Below, one piece after another: positions 17,047 to 26,004 of a stretch of DNA of 64,000 nt (the first letter of the stretch is position 1; each line of letters opens with the position of its first letter). A program made the translations under genes and the position numbers. Source of the stretch: an uncultured Collinsella sp. (GTDB lineage Bacteria > Actinomycetota > Coriobacteriia > Coriobacteriales > Coriobacteriaceae). The stretch lies in assembly GCA_902494625.1 (NCBI GenBank), contig CABUUB010000001.1:17708-81707 (forward strand). The letters run 5' to 3'. The notes below the pieces were generated by a model that ran no database searches, was not told where the DNA came from, and saw only the letters and a list, made by a program, of their open reading frames with translations.

Positions 17047-17150
17047 GGAGCGTTGCATATGTATAGCGGCACAGGGTTTATTGCGACGCAGCCGCCGCGG
17101 CGTTTCCGCAGATGAAACCTGCCAAAATAAACATCCCTAAATGGTAGGTT

Positions 17151-17780
17151 TTAGTGCTTCCCGTTGGCGGAAGCGGCGCCGTTTACGTGATCGCGGGCGT
17201 AGATTACGCCGTGGACGATGGCCAGACCGGCGGCATCTGCGGCGCGGGCGCAGGTGTTCTGGAAGTCCTCGGCCTCGCGGGCGCGCAGCTGCTTGAGCAC
17301 GTAATCTGCCACGGCCATCTTGCCGGGAGGGTTGCCGATACCGGTGCGGATGCGACTAAAGTCGCGGCTGCCCATTTTGTCGATGATGGAGCGCAGGCCG
17401 TTGTGACCGGCATGGCCTCCGCCCACCTTAACACGCACGTCGCCGGCGGGAATGTCGAGCTCGTCGTGAATCACGAGCAGCTCCTCGGCCTTGATCTTGT
17501 ACTCGCGGCAGAGCTTGGAGATGGGGCCACCCGAGGTATTCATATACGACTGCGGCTTGACCAGTACAATCTGGCGCTTACCGCCCTCTTCCTCGGGATC
17601 GTTGATGTTGATGAGCGCGACCTCGGCGCCGGCCTGGTTTTTCCAGTACGTGACACCGGCCTGACGGGCCAGCTCGTCGATTGCCTTAAAGCCGGCGTTG
17701 TGGCGGGTCTCGGCATACTCATCGCCAGGGTTGCCAAGTCCGGCAACCATGCGAATCTTAAGCGGCTGTGCAGCTGCCAT
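17151..17780 (-). CDS. pth: peptidyl-tRNA hydrolase
   Basis: VAGLGNPGDEYAETRHNAGF...KPQSYMNTSG...VIHDELDIPAG...GGHAGHNGLRSI are canonical Pth motifs. Start chosen 5 nt after GAAAGGA. Confidence 0.9.
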   Translation of the reverse strand: MAAAQPLKIRMVAGLGNPGDEYAETRHNAGFKAIDELARQAGVTYWKNQAGAEVALININDPEEEGGKRQIVLVKPQSYMNTSGGPISKLCREYKIKAEELLVIHDELDIPAGDVRVKVGGGHAGHNGLRSIIDKMGSRDFSRIRTGIGNPPGKMAVADYVLKQLRAREAEDFQNTCARAADAAGLAIVHGVIYARDHVNGAASANGKH

Positions 17781-18003
17781 GTTCATCCTTTCGTTACACA
17801 AAAGTTCAATCAACGACAAAGGCTACCACGCCCGCCGAAGGCGAGACTTCGTTTCAGCGAAATCCCACCAGACAAAAGCACGGCCGCGGCAGAGCGAGCC
17901 GTCGGAACAGAAGAAACCCCCGCGCGACCTTTGCGAGGCAAGGGGGAGCGCGGGGGTTTCTTCTGTTCCGACGGCGATGCGCCGGGTTACAAGGACGATG
18001 CGA

Positions 18004-18990
18004 TTACAGCGCGAAGTCGCCACCGACGAGCGTGGAGACGGGCTCCTCGTGGTAAACGGCGGAGATGGCCTGAGCGAACTCCTCGGCGACCGAGATGGTC
18101 TTGATCTTGCCGCCGACCTCGACGGGGATGGCGTCGGTGACGACGCACTCGACGATGGGGGCATCGTTCAGACGCTCGATGGCCGGACCGGAGAAGATGC
18201 CGTGGGTGGCGCAGACGTAGATGTCGCCAGCGCCCATAGCCTTGAGCTCCTTGACGTTGGCGCACAGGGTGCCAGCGGTGTCGATCATGTCGTCGTTGAT
18301 GATGCAGGTCTTACCCTTGATGTCACCGATGATGCCCATGACCTCGGCGGCGTTGTGGCGCGGACGACCCTTGTGGGCGATGGCCAGGTCGCAGCCGAGC
18401 ATGTCGGACAGCTTCTTGGCGGCCTTGGCACGACCCACGTCGGGGGAGACGACAACCAGGTTGTCGGTGTCGAAGTGCATGTCGTTGTAGTACTGGCCAA
18501 ACAGCGGCAGTGCGGACAGGTGGTTAACCGGGATATCGAAGAAGCCCTGGATCTGGCCCTGGTGCAGGTCGAGGGTGATGATGCGGTTGACGCCGGCGCG
18601 CTCGAGCAGGTTGGCGACGAGGCGGGCGGTGATGGGCTCGCGCGGGCCGGCCTTGCGGTCCTGACGGGCATAGCCGTAGTGGGTGATAACGGCGGTGATG
18701 GAGCGGGCGGATGCGCGCTTGGCAGCGTCGGTGGCGATGAGCAGCTCCATGAGCATGTCGTTGACGTTGCCGCCGGCCACGGACTGAATCAGGAAGACGT
18801 CGGCGCCGCGGACGGTCTCGTCGTAGCGGGCGTAAATCTCACCGTTGGCGAACTGCTTTAGCGTAAGGCCCGAAAGCTCGACCCCAAGGTACTCAGCAAT
18901 CTTCTGAGCGAGGGGACGGTTGGAGGAACCGGAATACACGCGGATGGACTTGCGCATATTCTCCGACTTCTCGGGATCATTAATCGGCAT
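18004..18990 (-). CDS. prs: ribose-phosphate pyrophosphokinase
   Basis: VYSGSSNRPLAQKIA...DLHQGQIQGFFDIPVNHL...VSPDVGRAK...IINDDMIDTAGT are canonical Prs motifs. RBS AAGGAG. Confidence 0.9.
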   Translation of the reverse strand: MPINDPEKSENMRKSIRVYSGSSNRPLAQKIAEYLGVELSGLTLKQFANGEIYARYDETVRGADVFLIQSVAGGNVNDMLMELLIATDAAKRASARSITAVITHYGYARQDRKAGPREPITARLVANLLERAGVNRIITLDLHQGQIQGFFDIPVNHLSALPLFGQYYNDMHFDTDNLVVVSPDVGRAKAAKKLSDMLGCDLAIAHKGRPRHNAAEVMGIIGDIKGKTCIINDDMIDTAGTLCANVKELKAMGAGDIYVCATHGIFSGPAIERLNDAPIVECVVTDAIPVEVGGKIKTISVAEEFAQAISAVYHEEPVSTLVGGDFAL

Positions 18991-19133
18991 TACCCTTCTC
19001 CTTTATACATCGAATGCCATATAGATGCCTTTTTGCATTGTAACCGTGCGGCGGGGTTAATCGGGTCTTGATAACGTCTTTACCGTCAACGGACACGAAC
19101 CGACCACTCATCCGGTCGCGCAGGTCACGATAG

Positions 19134-19168
19134 AAAAAGGAGCCGTCCCCAGGGAACAGCTCCTTTTG
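19134..19168 (-). terminator. intrinsic terminator of glmU
   Basis: Minus strand: AAAGGAGC-N16-GCTCCTTT followed by TTTCTAT. Confidence 0.55.
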
Positions 19169-19182
19169 TGCTTGGCGAAACG

Positions 19183-20595
19183 TTATGCCTCGTCGTCCTC
19201 GTGCAGACGGCGGCGATAATCGGCGGCCCAGCCCTCAATATTTACCTGACGGGCGCGGCCCAGACCGAGTGCGTCGGCCGGGACCGGCTCGGTGATGACG
19301 GAGCCGGCGGCCACGAGTGCGCCGTCGCCAATCTGGGCGGGCGCGACCATCATGGTGTCGGAACCGATGAAGGCATCCTTGCCGATGACGGTCTTGTGCT
19401 TGTGGACGCCGTCGTAGTTGCAGGTGATGGAGCCCGCGCCGACATTGACGCCGGAGCCCATGGTCGTGTCGCCGATGTAGGACAGGTGCGGCACCTTGGA
19501 GCCCTCGCCGATCGTGGACTTCTTGATCTCCACGTGCGTGCCGGCCTTGGAGCCGTCGAGCATGTGAGTGCCCGGGCGCAGGTAGGCACGCGGGCCGCAG
19601 TCGACGCCGTTCTCGATGACGGCCTCGATGGCGATGGTCTCATCGATGGTGCAGCCGCTGCCGACGGTGGTGTCGGTGAGGCGACTGTTGGGGCCGAGCT
19701 GGCACTCCTCGCCCACGGTGACGTGGCCGATCAGGTGCGTCTGCGGCCACACGACGGTGTCGCGGCCGATAACGGCGTCGGGGCCGATCCAGGCCTGCGT
19801 GGGATCGATGAACGTGACGCCCTCGGCCATCCAGTGCTCGTTGATGCGGTCGCGCGCGATAGCGGTGAGCTGCGCGAGCTGGATACGGCTGTTGACGCCC
19901 AGGCCATCGCGGTAGTCATCGCAGTGAAAGATGGAGACAGCCTGGCCGTGGCTTTTGAGAATCTCGAGCATGTCGGGCAGGTAGTACTCGGATTGCGCGT
20001 TGTCGTTGCCGATCTCGTTAATGTGGGCGGCGAGCTGCGCGCCGTCGAAGGCGTAGCAGCCGGCGTTACACTCGAGCAGCGTGGCGGCCTGCTCGGGCGT
20101 GCAGTCCTTCTGCTCGATGATGCGTTCGATCTGGCCGTCGGCGCCCAGCTTGATGCGGCCGTAGCCGAAGGGGTCGGGCGGGGTCATGGTCATGACGGTG
20201 CAGGCGAGCTCGCCGGTAGCGACGGTCTGCGCGAACTTGGCGACGGTGTCGGCGGTGATGAGCGGCAGGTCGCCGTTGAGCACGACGACGGGGCCTTGCG
20301 TGATGCCGCAGGCCTCGAGCGCGACCTTTACGGCGTGGCCGGTGCCCAGGCGCTCGGTCTGCTCGACGCACTCGACCTTGGTGGCGCTGTTGGCGTAGGC
20401 GCCGTCGATCAGGGCGCGCATCTCGTCGGCGTGGCTGCCGATGACGACCACGACGCGGCTGCAGCCGGCCTTGATGGTAGCGTCGACGATCCACTGGACC
20501 ATGGGCTTGCCCAGGATCTTGTGCGAAACCTTGCAGTGGTTCGACTTCATGCGGGTGCCCTCGCCGGCAGCGAGGATAATTGCGGTTGCGTCCAT
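19183..20595 (-). CDS. glmU: bifunctional UDP-N-acetylglucosamine pyrophosphorylase / glucosamine-1-phosphate N-acetyltransferase
   Basis: N-terminal AIILAAGEGTRMKS nucleotidyltransferase motif. The C-terminal half carries left-handed beta-helix hexapeptide repeats. The ATG at 20595 follows AGGAG. Confidence 0.9.
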   Translation of the reverse strand: MDATAIILAAGEGTRMKSNHCKVSHKILGKPMVQWIVDATIKAGCSRVVVVIGSHADEMRALIDGAYANSATKVECVEQTERLGTGHAVKVALEACGITQGPVVVLNGDLPLITADTVAKFAQTVATGELACTVMTMTPPDPFGYGRIKLGADGQIERIIEQKDCTPEQAATLLECNAGCYAFDGAQLAAHINEIGNDNAQSEYYLPDMLEILKSHGQAVSIFHCDDYRDGLGVNSRIQLAQLTAIARDRINEHWMAEGVTFIDPTQAWIGPDAVIGRDTVVWPQTHLIGHVTVGEECQLGPNSRLTDTTVGSGCTIDETIAIEAVIENGVDCGPRAYLRPGTHMLDGSKAGTHVEIKKSTIGEGSKVPHLSYIGDTTMGSGVNVGAGSITCNYDGVHKHKTVIGKDAFIGSDTMMVAPAQIGDGALVAAGSVITEPVPADALGLGRARQVNIEGWAADYRRRLHEDDEA

Positions 20596-20800
20596 GTGAT
20601 CTCCTGTTACGTTATAGAGACGTGTGTTTGGAAACGATACACGGCGCAATATGATACCGCAGGCATATGTTGAGCGCGTAACGATTGGCGCATTGCCGCT
20701 GATGTCGGTGCCGCCGGCGTGGTGTTTGCGCTGGTTGTGCATGGCGTCGGCGCTGCGGCGTTGGCGTTTGAGCGAGGGATGGGAGGTGCCCGTGGATATC

Positions 20801-21679
20801 ATGCGAGAGGAATCTGGCCACGAGCCCGTCGCGGCATTTTCGATGTCGCATCCGGCGGTGCCGGCGCTCTACATGGTGCTGACGCTGGGACTCACCATGT
20901 TCTCGATGCAGCCGGTGCTGATTGCACTGTCGCTTGCGGGCGGGTTGGCGTACGGGTTTGCGATGCGCGGCGCCGCGCGTACGTTGGGGGCGCTTCGCTG
21001 GCAGCTGCCGGTGATCTTGATCATCGCGGTGCTCAATCCGCTGTTTAGCGCCTCGGGCTCGACGGAGCTGTTCTGTATTGGCATGCGTGCGGTGTATTTG
21101 GAGAGTATGGTATACGGCCTGTGCATGGGCGGGTTGTTTGTGGCGAGCGTACTGTGGTTTGAGGCCGCGGCGTCGATGCTTGGCTACGACAAGGTGCTCG
21201 CGCTGCTGGGTAATGCCGCGCCGGTGATCGCGCTCATGATCTCGATGTGCATGCGGCTTATCCCGCAGTTTTTGCGTCGCGGTCGTACGGTGATGGCGGT
21301 GCAGGATGCGATTGATGTGCCGGGCCGCGTGCCGGCCGACCCCGTGCGCTCGCGCCTGCGGGCATCGAGTGTGTTGATGGGCTGGGGCATGGAAGATTCG
21401 CTGGAGCGCGCGGACGCGATGCGCTCGCGCGGGTGGGGTGCCGCGACGCGTCGTACGACGTATGCGCGGTATCGACTGGGGCGCAGCGACGTTGCCGCGT
21501 TGGTGGGGCTTGCGCTGTTTGGCGTGGTCACGGTGACAGTGGCGTGGACCGCGACGACGCAGTATTCGTTTTATCCTCAGCTCTTGGTGCCGGCGCCGTG
21601 GCCGGGCTATGTTGTGTACGCTGCCTGGATGGTGCTGCCTTGCGCGTTGCACGCGATTGATGAGAAGAGGTTTGGCTGA
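20801..21679 (+). CDS. ecfT: ECF transporter T component (CbiQ family)
   Basis: Multi-TM protein with the conserved ERADAMRSRGWG loop. Directly followed by a tandem ECF ATPase gene. The 5' end is uncertain. Confidence 0.7.
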   Translation: MREESGHEPVAAFSMSHPAVPALYMVLTLGLTMFSMQPVLIALSLAGGLAYGFAMRGAARTLGALRWQLPVILIIAVLNPLFSASGSTELFCIGMRAVYLESMVYGLCMGGLFVASVLWFEAAASMLGYDKVLALLGNAAPVIALMISMCMRLIPQFLRRGRTVMAVQDAIDVPGRVPADPVRSRLRASSVLMGWGMEDSLERADAMRSRGWGAATRRTTYARYRLGRSDVAALVGLALFGVVTVTVAWTATTQYSFYPQLLVPAPWPGYVVYAAWMVLPCALHAIDEKRFG

Positions 21680-23322
21680 TGGCTCGGTTGGATAGCTGCT
21701 CGGTAACGGGCGGGGCGTGCGGCTCCGATGTGCCTGCGATTGAGGTACGGGGCCTGAGCTTTGCCTACCCCGATGCTGATGCTGCGGTGCTCGAGGGGCT
21801 CGACTGGTCTGTTCCCCAAGGTGCATTTGCGCTGCTTGTTGGCGGTACCGGATCGGGTAAGTCGACGCTGCTGTCGCTGCTCAAGCCCGAGATCGCGCCG
21901 GCGGGTACACGCTCCGGCGAGCTGCGCGTGTTGGGCGAGCTCGTCGCCGACATGGATGTGCGGGCATCGGCGGAGCGCGTGGGTTATGTGTTCCAGGATC
22001 CCGAGAACCAGATCGTGTGCGAAACCGTGTGGCACGAGATGGCGTTTGGCCTGGAAAACTTGGGGCTAGCGCGTGATGAGATGCGCCGTCGCGTAGCTGA
22101 GACCAGCTATTTCTTTGGACTGGAAGATTGGCTTCACCGCGATACTGACACGCTTTCGGGTGGCCGCAAGCAGCTGCTGTCGCTTGCCGCCGTCCTGGCG
22201 CTGCGTCCGCGTGTGCTGCTACTCGACGAGCCCACGTCTCAGCTCGATCCCGTTGCCGAGAAGAATTTTCTGCACGCGCTGTTTCGCGTGAACCGTGAGC
22301 TGGGCTGCACGGTTGTTGTGGCTACGCATCAACCGCGGCCGATGCTCGAGTATGCGACGTGTGCGTACCGGATTGAGGGCGGTCGCGTGCGCGAGGTGGC
22401 GGATATGGCTTCTTTGGGACGCCGAGAATCGCTGTTTTCCGATGAGATGTTGGGGTGGGGTGCCATCCGATGTGCAAAAAACGGAGTATTCAGCAGGCGT
22501 GAGGACAATTTGGGCTCTCTGGAGCCGCCCGGGGACGTATCGAGCGCGAAAAAAAGTTCAGAATTGGACAAATCGTCCGAATTTGTGGCGCAAACGTCGC
22601 TCGAGAACGGCTCGGAAGCCTTCCCGCGCACGGATGGAAGCAGAATACTCCAAAAAATGCACGGCGGGTCGGCTACCACCCTGTCGGAAGGCTGGTTTCG
22701 CTACGATCGCGCGGGCGGTTGGGTGCTGCGTGGGCTCGGTGCGTCGTTTTCGGCTGGCGCGGTGCATGCGATCGTGGGCGGCAACGGATGCGGTAAGTCG
22801 ACGATACTCTCGGTGCTGGCGAAGACCGCCAAGCTGCAGCGCGGCCGCATGGTGCGCGGAGCGGCCTCGGCTGCGCTGCTGCCTCAGAATCCCAAAGCAT
22901 TGCTGGTTGCCGAGACGGTTCGCGATGAGCTGATGGAATGGGCCTCGACCTGCGGATACGACGAGGCCGCAGCACGGGAGCAGACAGCGCGCCTGGGTCT
23001 GGCGGGCCTGGAGACGCGCCACCCTTACGACCTCTCGGGCGGACAGCGCCAGCTGCTTGCACTGGCAAAGCTGCTGCTGATCGGCCCCGAGCTGCTGCTG
23101 CTTGACGAGCCCACGAAGGGCTTGGACCTGGAGAGCCGCCGCATCATCGCCCGCGCCCTGCGTGACCATGCGAAGGCTGGCGGCACCGTCATCATGGCTA
23201 CGCACGATTTGGACTTTGTCGAGCAGGTAGCCGACGACGTCGCCATGATGTTTGACGGCGAGATTGCCTGCATGGAGCCCCCGGCTGACTTCTTTGCCGA
23301 CAACGTGTTTTATAGGGCGTGA
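21679..23322 (+). CDS. ECF transporter ATPase, fused EcfA1-EcfA2 (two ABC domains)
   Basis: Two Walker A motifs (GGTGSGKST, GGNGCGKST), two signatures (LSGGRKQLLSLA, LSGGQRQLLALA) and two Walker B motifs (LLLDEPT twice). The start overlaps ecfT (TGATG). Confidence 0.85.
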   Translation: MARLDSCSVTGGACGSDVPAIEVRGLSFAYPDADAAVLEGLDWSVPQGAFALLVGGTGSGKSTLLSLLKPEIAPAGTRSGELRVLGELVADMDVRASAERVGYVFQDPENQIVCETVWHEMAFGLENLGLARDEMRRRVAETSYFFGLEDWLHRDTDTLSGGRKQLLSLAAVLALRPRVLLLDEPTSQLDPVAEKNFLHALFRVNRELGCTVVVATHQPRPMLEYATCAYRIEGGRVREVADMASLGRRESLFSDEMLGWGAIRCAKNGVFSRREDNLGSLEPPGDVSSAKKSSELDKSSEFVAQTSLENGSEAFPRTDGSRILQKMHGGSATTLSEGWFRYDRAGGWVLRGLGASFSAGAVHAIVGGNGCGKSTILSVLAKTAKLQRGRMVRGAASAALLPQNPKALLVAETVRDELMEWASTCGYDEAAAREQTARLGLAGLETRHPYDLSGGQRQLLALAKLLLIGPELLLLDEPTKGLDLESRRIIARALRDHAKAGGTVIMATHDLDFVEQVADDVAMMFDGEIACMEPPADFFADNVFYRA

Positions 23323-23326
23323 TGGG

Positions 23327-24040
23327 ATGACGGATTATCGCGTCGCGCGCCTGCTCGCAAAACTGGAGGTCCCGCTGTTGTTGGCGGTGCCGGCAGTGAT
23401 GACTGCGGCGTTGCTGGCGGGCATTGAGCAGGCGGCGCTTGCCATGCTGGTTGTAGTGGCGCTGGTGCTTGCGCTGTTCTTTGCGGGTTACGAGGCATCT
23501 CGTCCGGGTTTGCGCCAGATTATGCCTACGCTGGTGCTGGCGGCGCTGGCGGCGGCGGGGCGCATCCTGTTTGGGCCCATTCCCGACTTTAAACCGGTGA
23601 GCGCCATCGCCATTATCGCGGGGGCGGCGCTTGGTCGCCGCAATGGTTTTATGGTTGGCGCGCTGGCGGCGCTGACCAGCAATTTCTTTTTTGGACAGGG
23701 CATGTGGACGCCATGGCAGATGTATGCCTGGGGGCTCGTGGGATACGTTGGCGGTGCGCTGGCGCATGCCGGTGCGTTTGACCGTGCGGATGGAACCGTG
23801 CGCATGCCGGCGCTACTGACCTACGGCTTTGCTTCGGGTTTGCTGTACGGCGTGGTGATCAACGCGTATGACATCATTGGTTTTGTGCAGCCGCTTACTT
23901 GGGCGGGTGCCGTAGCGCGTCTTGCCACGGCAGTGCCGTTCGATATTACGCACGGCTTTGCGACCTGCGTGTTCTTGGCCGCCTTGTACAAGCCTTGGTG
24001 CCGTCGCATTAACCGTGTCGTCGTGAAATACGGACTGTAG
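23327..24040 (+). CDS. ECF transporter S (substrate-capture) component, substrate unknown
   Basis: About 6 TM helices, small size, and the last position in the T-A-S operon. Confidence 0.6.
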   Translation: MTDYRVARLLAKLEVPLLLAVPAVMTAALLAGIEQAALAMLVVVALVLALFFAGYEASRPGLRQIMPTLVLAALAAAGRILFGPIPDFKPVSAIAIIAGAALGRRNGFMVGALAALTSNFFFGQGMWTPWQMYAWGLVGYVGGALAHAGAFDRADGTVRMPALLTYGFASGLLYGVVINAYDIIGFVQPLTWAGAVARLATAVPFDITHGFATCVFLAALYKPWCRRINRVVVKYGL

Positions 24041-24078
24041 GGCATTTACTGTAAGGCATTTCGCGTTCCCTCACGAAC

Positions 24079-24141
24079 TTGCGGTGGAATAGTTCTCGTT
24101 TTTGGCTATTTGCTGCCCAAACAGGAACTATTCCACCGCAA
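24079..24141. terminator. 17-bp-stem hairpin between convergent genes
   Basis: TTGCGGTGGAATAGTTC-N29-GAACTATTCCACCGCAA. Confidence 0.5.
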
Positions 24142-24202
24142 CTTATAGGGGGAGAGGGGTCACATGATCTGTTTTCCTCCGTCCCCCAGGAATTACTTGG
24201 GG

Positions 24203-25021
24203 CTAGAGTTCTAGCGTGAGGGTGACGGGGCAGTGGTCGCTGCCAAAGATGTCGCCGCGGATGCCGGTGTCGCGTACGTTGTCGGCGATTGCGTCGCTTA
24301 CCAGGAAGTAGTCGATGCGCCAGCCTGCGTTGTTCTTGCGGGCATTAAAGCGGTAGCTCCACCAGCTGTAGACGCCCTCGACGTCGGGGTTTGCCGCGCG
24401 CCAGGTATCGGTAAACCCGGCGTTGAGCAGCTCGGTAAACTTGCCGCGTTCTTCGTCCGAAAAGCCGGCGTTGCCGCGGTTGGACTTGGGGTTCTTAAGG
24501 TCGATCTCCTCGTGTGCCACGTTAAAGTCGCCGCAAGTTACGACGGGCTTGCCGGTCTCGCGCTCAAGCGCGCTCAAAAAGCCGCGGTAGGCATCGTCCC
24601 AGGCCATGCGCACATCGATGCGCGCGAGTTCGTTTTGCGCGTTGGGCGTATAGACGTCGACAAACCAAAACTTGTCGAACTCGAGCGCACAGACGCGGCC
24701 CTCGGTTGCGGCTTGGGCAACGAGCTCGGCGGCCTCGCCCTCGCCGGCGTAGGGCAGCAGCGCGTCGGCGCGCAGCACGCGTAGCGGCTCCTGGCGGCTA
24801 AAGACCGCGGTGCCCGAATAGCCTTTGCGCTCGGCGTAGCTCCAGGTTTGGTGATAGCCGGGCAGGTCGACCTGCACCTGGCCTTCTTGCAACTTGGTCT
24901 CTTGCAGCGCCAAGATATCGACGTCGAGTTCTTGCGCGATCTGAATAAAGCTCGGGTCCTTTTTGAGCACGGCGCGCAGGCCGTTAACGTTCCACGAGGC
25001 AAAGGTGTAAGTCTGAGGCAT
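24203..25021 (-). CDS. xth: exodeoxyribonuclease III
   Basis: SWNVNGLRA...ILALQETK...GDFNVAH...SDHCPV are canonical ExoIII/AP-endonuclease motifs. Confidence 0.9.
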   Translation of the reverse strand: MPQTYTFASWNVNGLRAVLKKDPSFIQIAQELDVDILALQETKLQEGQVQVDLPGYHQTWSYAERKGYSGTAVFSRQEPLRVLRADALLPYAGEGEAAELVAQAATEGRVCALEFDKFWFVDVYTPNAQNELARIDVRMAWDDAYRGFLSALERETGKPVVTCGDFNVAHEEIDLKNPKSNRGNAGFSDEERGKFTELLNAGFTDTWRAANPDVEGVYSWWSYRFNARKNNAGWRIDYFLVSDAIADNVRDTGIRGDIFGSDHCPVTLTLEL

Positions 25022-25156
25022 GGTGTCCTTTCGACGGGGTTGGCAGGCTTAAGATTAACGCAATAAGGGCGGGGTGGGCTCCGTGCATGCTGACTTAAAG
25101 GCTGCATGCTGGGACGTCGCTCAACGCTGCCCGATTAACAAGGACGGAGGACTCAT

Positions 25157-25909
25157 ATGACTCAGGCAATATCGGACCCCAGGCAGGCCTCCGCCGCCCT
25201 GGCGGATCTGTTTGACACCCACAAGCGCGTGGTCTTCTTTGGCGGCGCTGGTGTTTCCACGGCAAGCGGCATTCCCGATTTCCGCAGCGTGGACGGCCTG
25301 TATCACCAGCAGTTTGCCTATCCGCCCGAGACCATGCTGTCGCATAGCTTTTACGAAGCGCATCCTGCGGAGTTCTTCGACTTTTACCGCACCAAGATGA
25401 TCGCGCTTAACGCTAAGCCCAACCGCTGCCACACCAAGCTGGCCGAGCTGGAGCGCGCCGGCAAGCTCGACGCCGTGGTGACGCAAAATATCGACGGTCT
25501 GCACCAGGCGGCCGGCTCGCAGCGCGTGTTCGAGCTGCACGGATCGGTCCATCGCAACATTTGCCAGTCGTGCGGCGCGGTCTATAGCGCCGAGTGGATT
25601 TGCTCGCGCGAGCACGAGGACGCCGCGGGCGTGCCTGCGTGCCCCGCGTGCGGCGGCCGCATCAAGCCCGATGTAGTGCTCTACGAAGAGCCGCTCGACG
25701 AGCATGTGTTGACCGGTGCCGTTGCCGCCATCGTCGCGGCCGATGCCCTCATTGTGGGCGGGACCTCGCTCGTGGTGTATCCGGCGGCAGGCCTTACGCG
25801 ATACTTTACCGGCGATACGCTGGCTATTTGCAATCTTGCTCCTACCGATCAGGATGCAAATGCCGACCTGCTGATTTCTTGCGACATCGCGGCCGCGTTT
25901 GCGTTCTAG
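25157..25909 (+). CDS. cobB: NAD-dependent protein deacylase (Sir2 family)
   Basis: GAGVSTASGIPDFRS...QNIDGLHQ...ELHGS...C-x2-C...C-x2-C zinc site...GTSLVVYPAA. Confidence 0.9.
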   Translation: MTQAISDPRQASAALADLFDTHKRVVFFGGAGVSTASGIPDFRSVDGLYHQQFAYPPETMLSHSFYEAHPAEFFDFYRTKMIALNAKPNRCHTKLAELERAGKLDAVVTQNIDGLHQAAGSQRVFELHGSVHRNICQSCGAVYSAEWICSREHEDAAGVPACPACGGRIKPDVVLYEEPLDEHVLTGAVAAIVAADALIVGGTSLVVYPAAGLTRYFTGDTLAICNLAPTDQDANADLLISCDIAAAFAF

Positions 25910-26004
25910 CCCGTGTGCGCGGATACAATAGAAAGACTGAGTGCAAAGCGACCCCGCCGCCAGCTCCCCAAGCTCGGCGGCGTGGGCATTTTAGGAGGAT
26001 GTTC

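Noticed and set aside
20596-20800. Possible riboswitch in the 205-nt leader between glmU and the ECF transporter operon
   Set aside because: I looked for TPP (CTGAGA...ACCTGA), cobalamin (GCCACTG), THF, FMN and preQ1 hallmark motifs and found none. The region is also the divergent promoter for glmU. It cannot be excluded without a covariance-model scan.
25594-26004. Long N-terminal extension of the folP-folK ORF (ORF opens at 25594)
   Set aside because: The extension overlaps the 3' end of the sirtuin gene in another frame, is Arg/Cys-rich nonsense, and lacks an RBS. The ATG at 26005 lies 5 nt after AGGAGGA and begins the DHPS homology.
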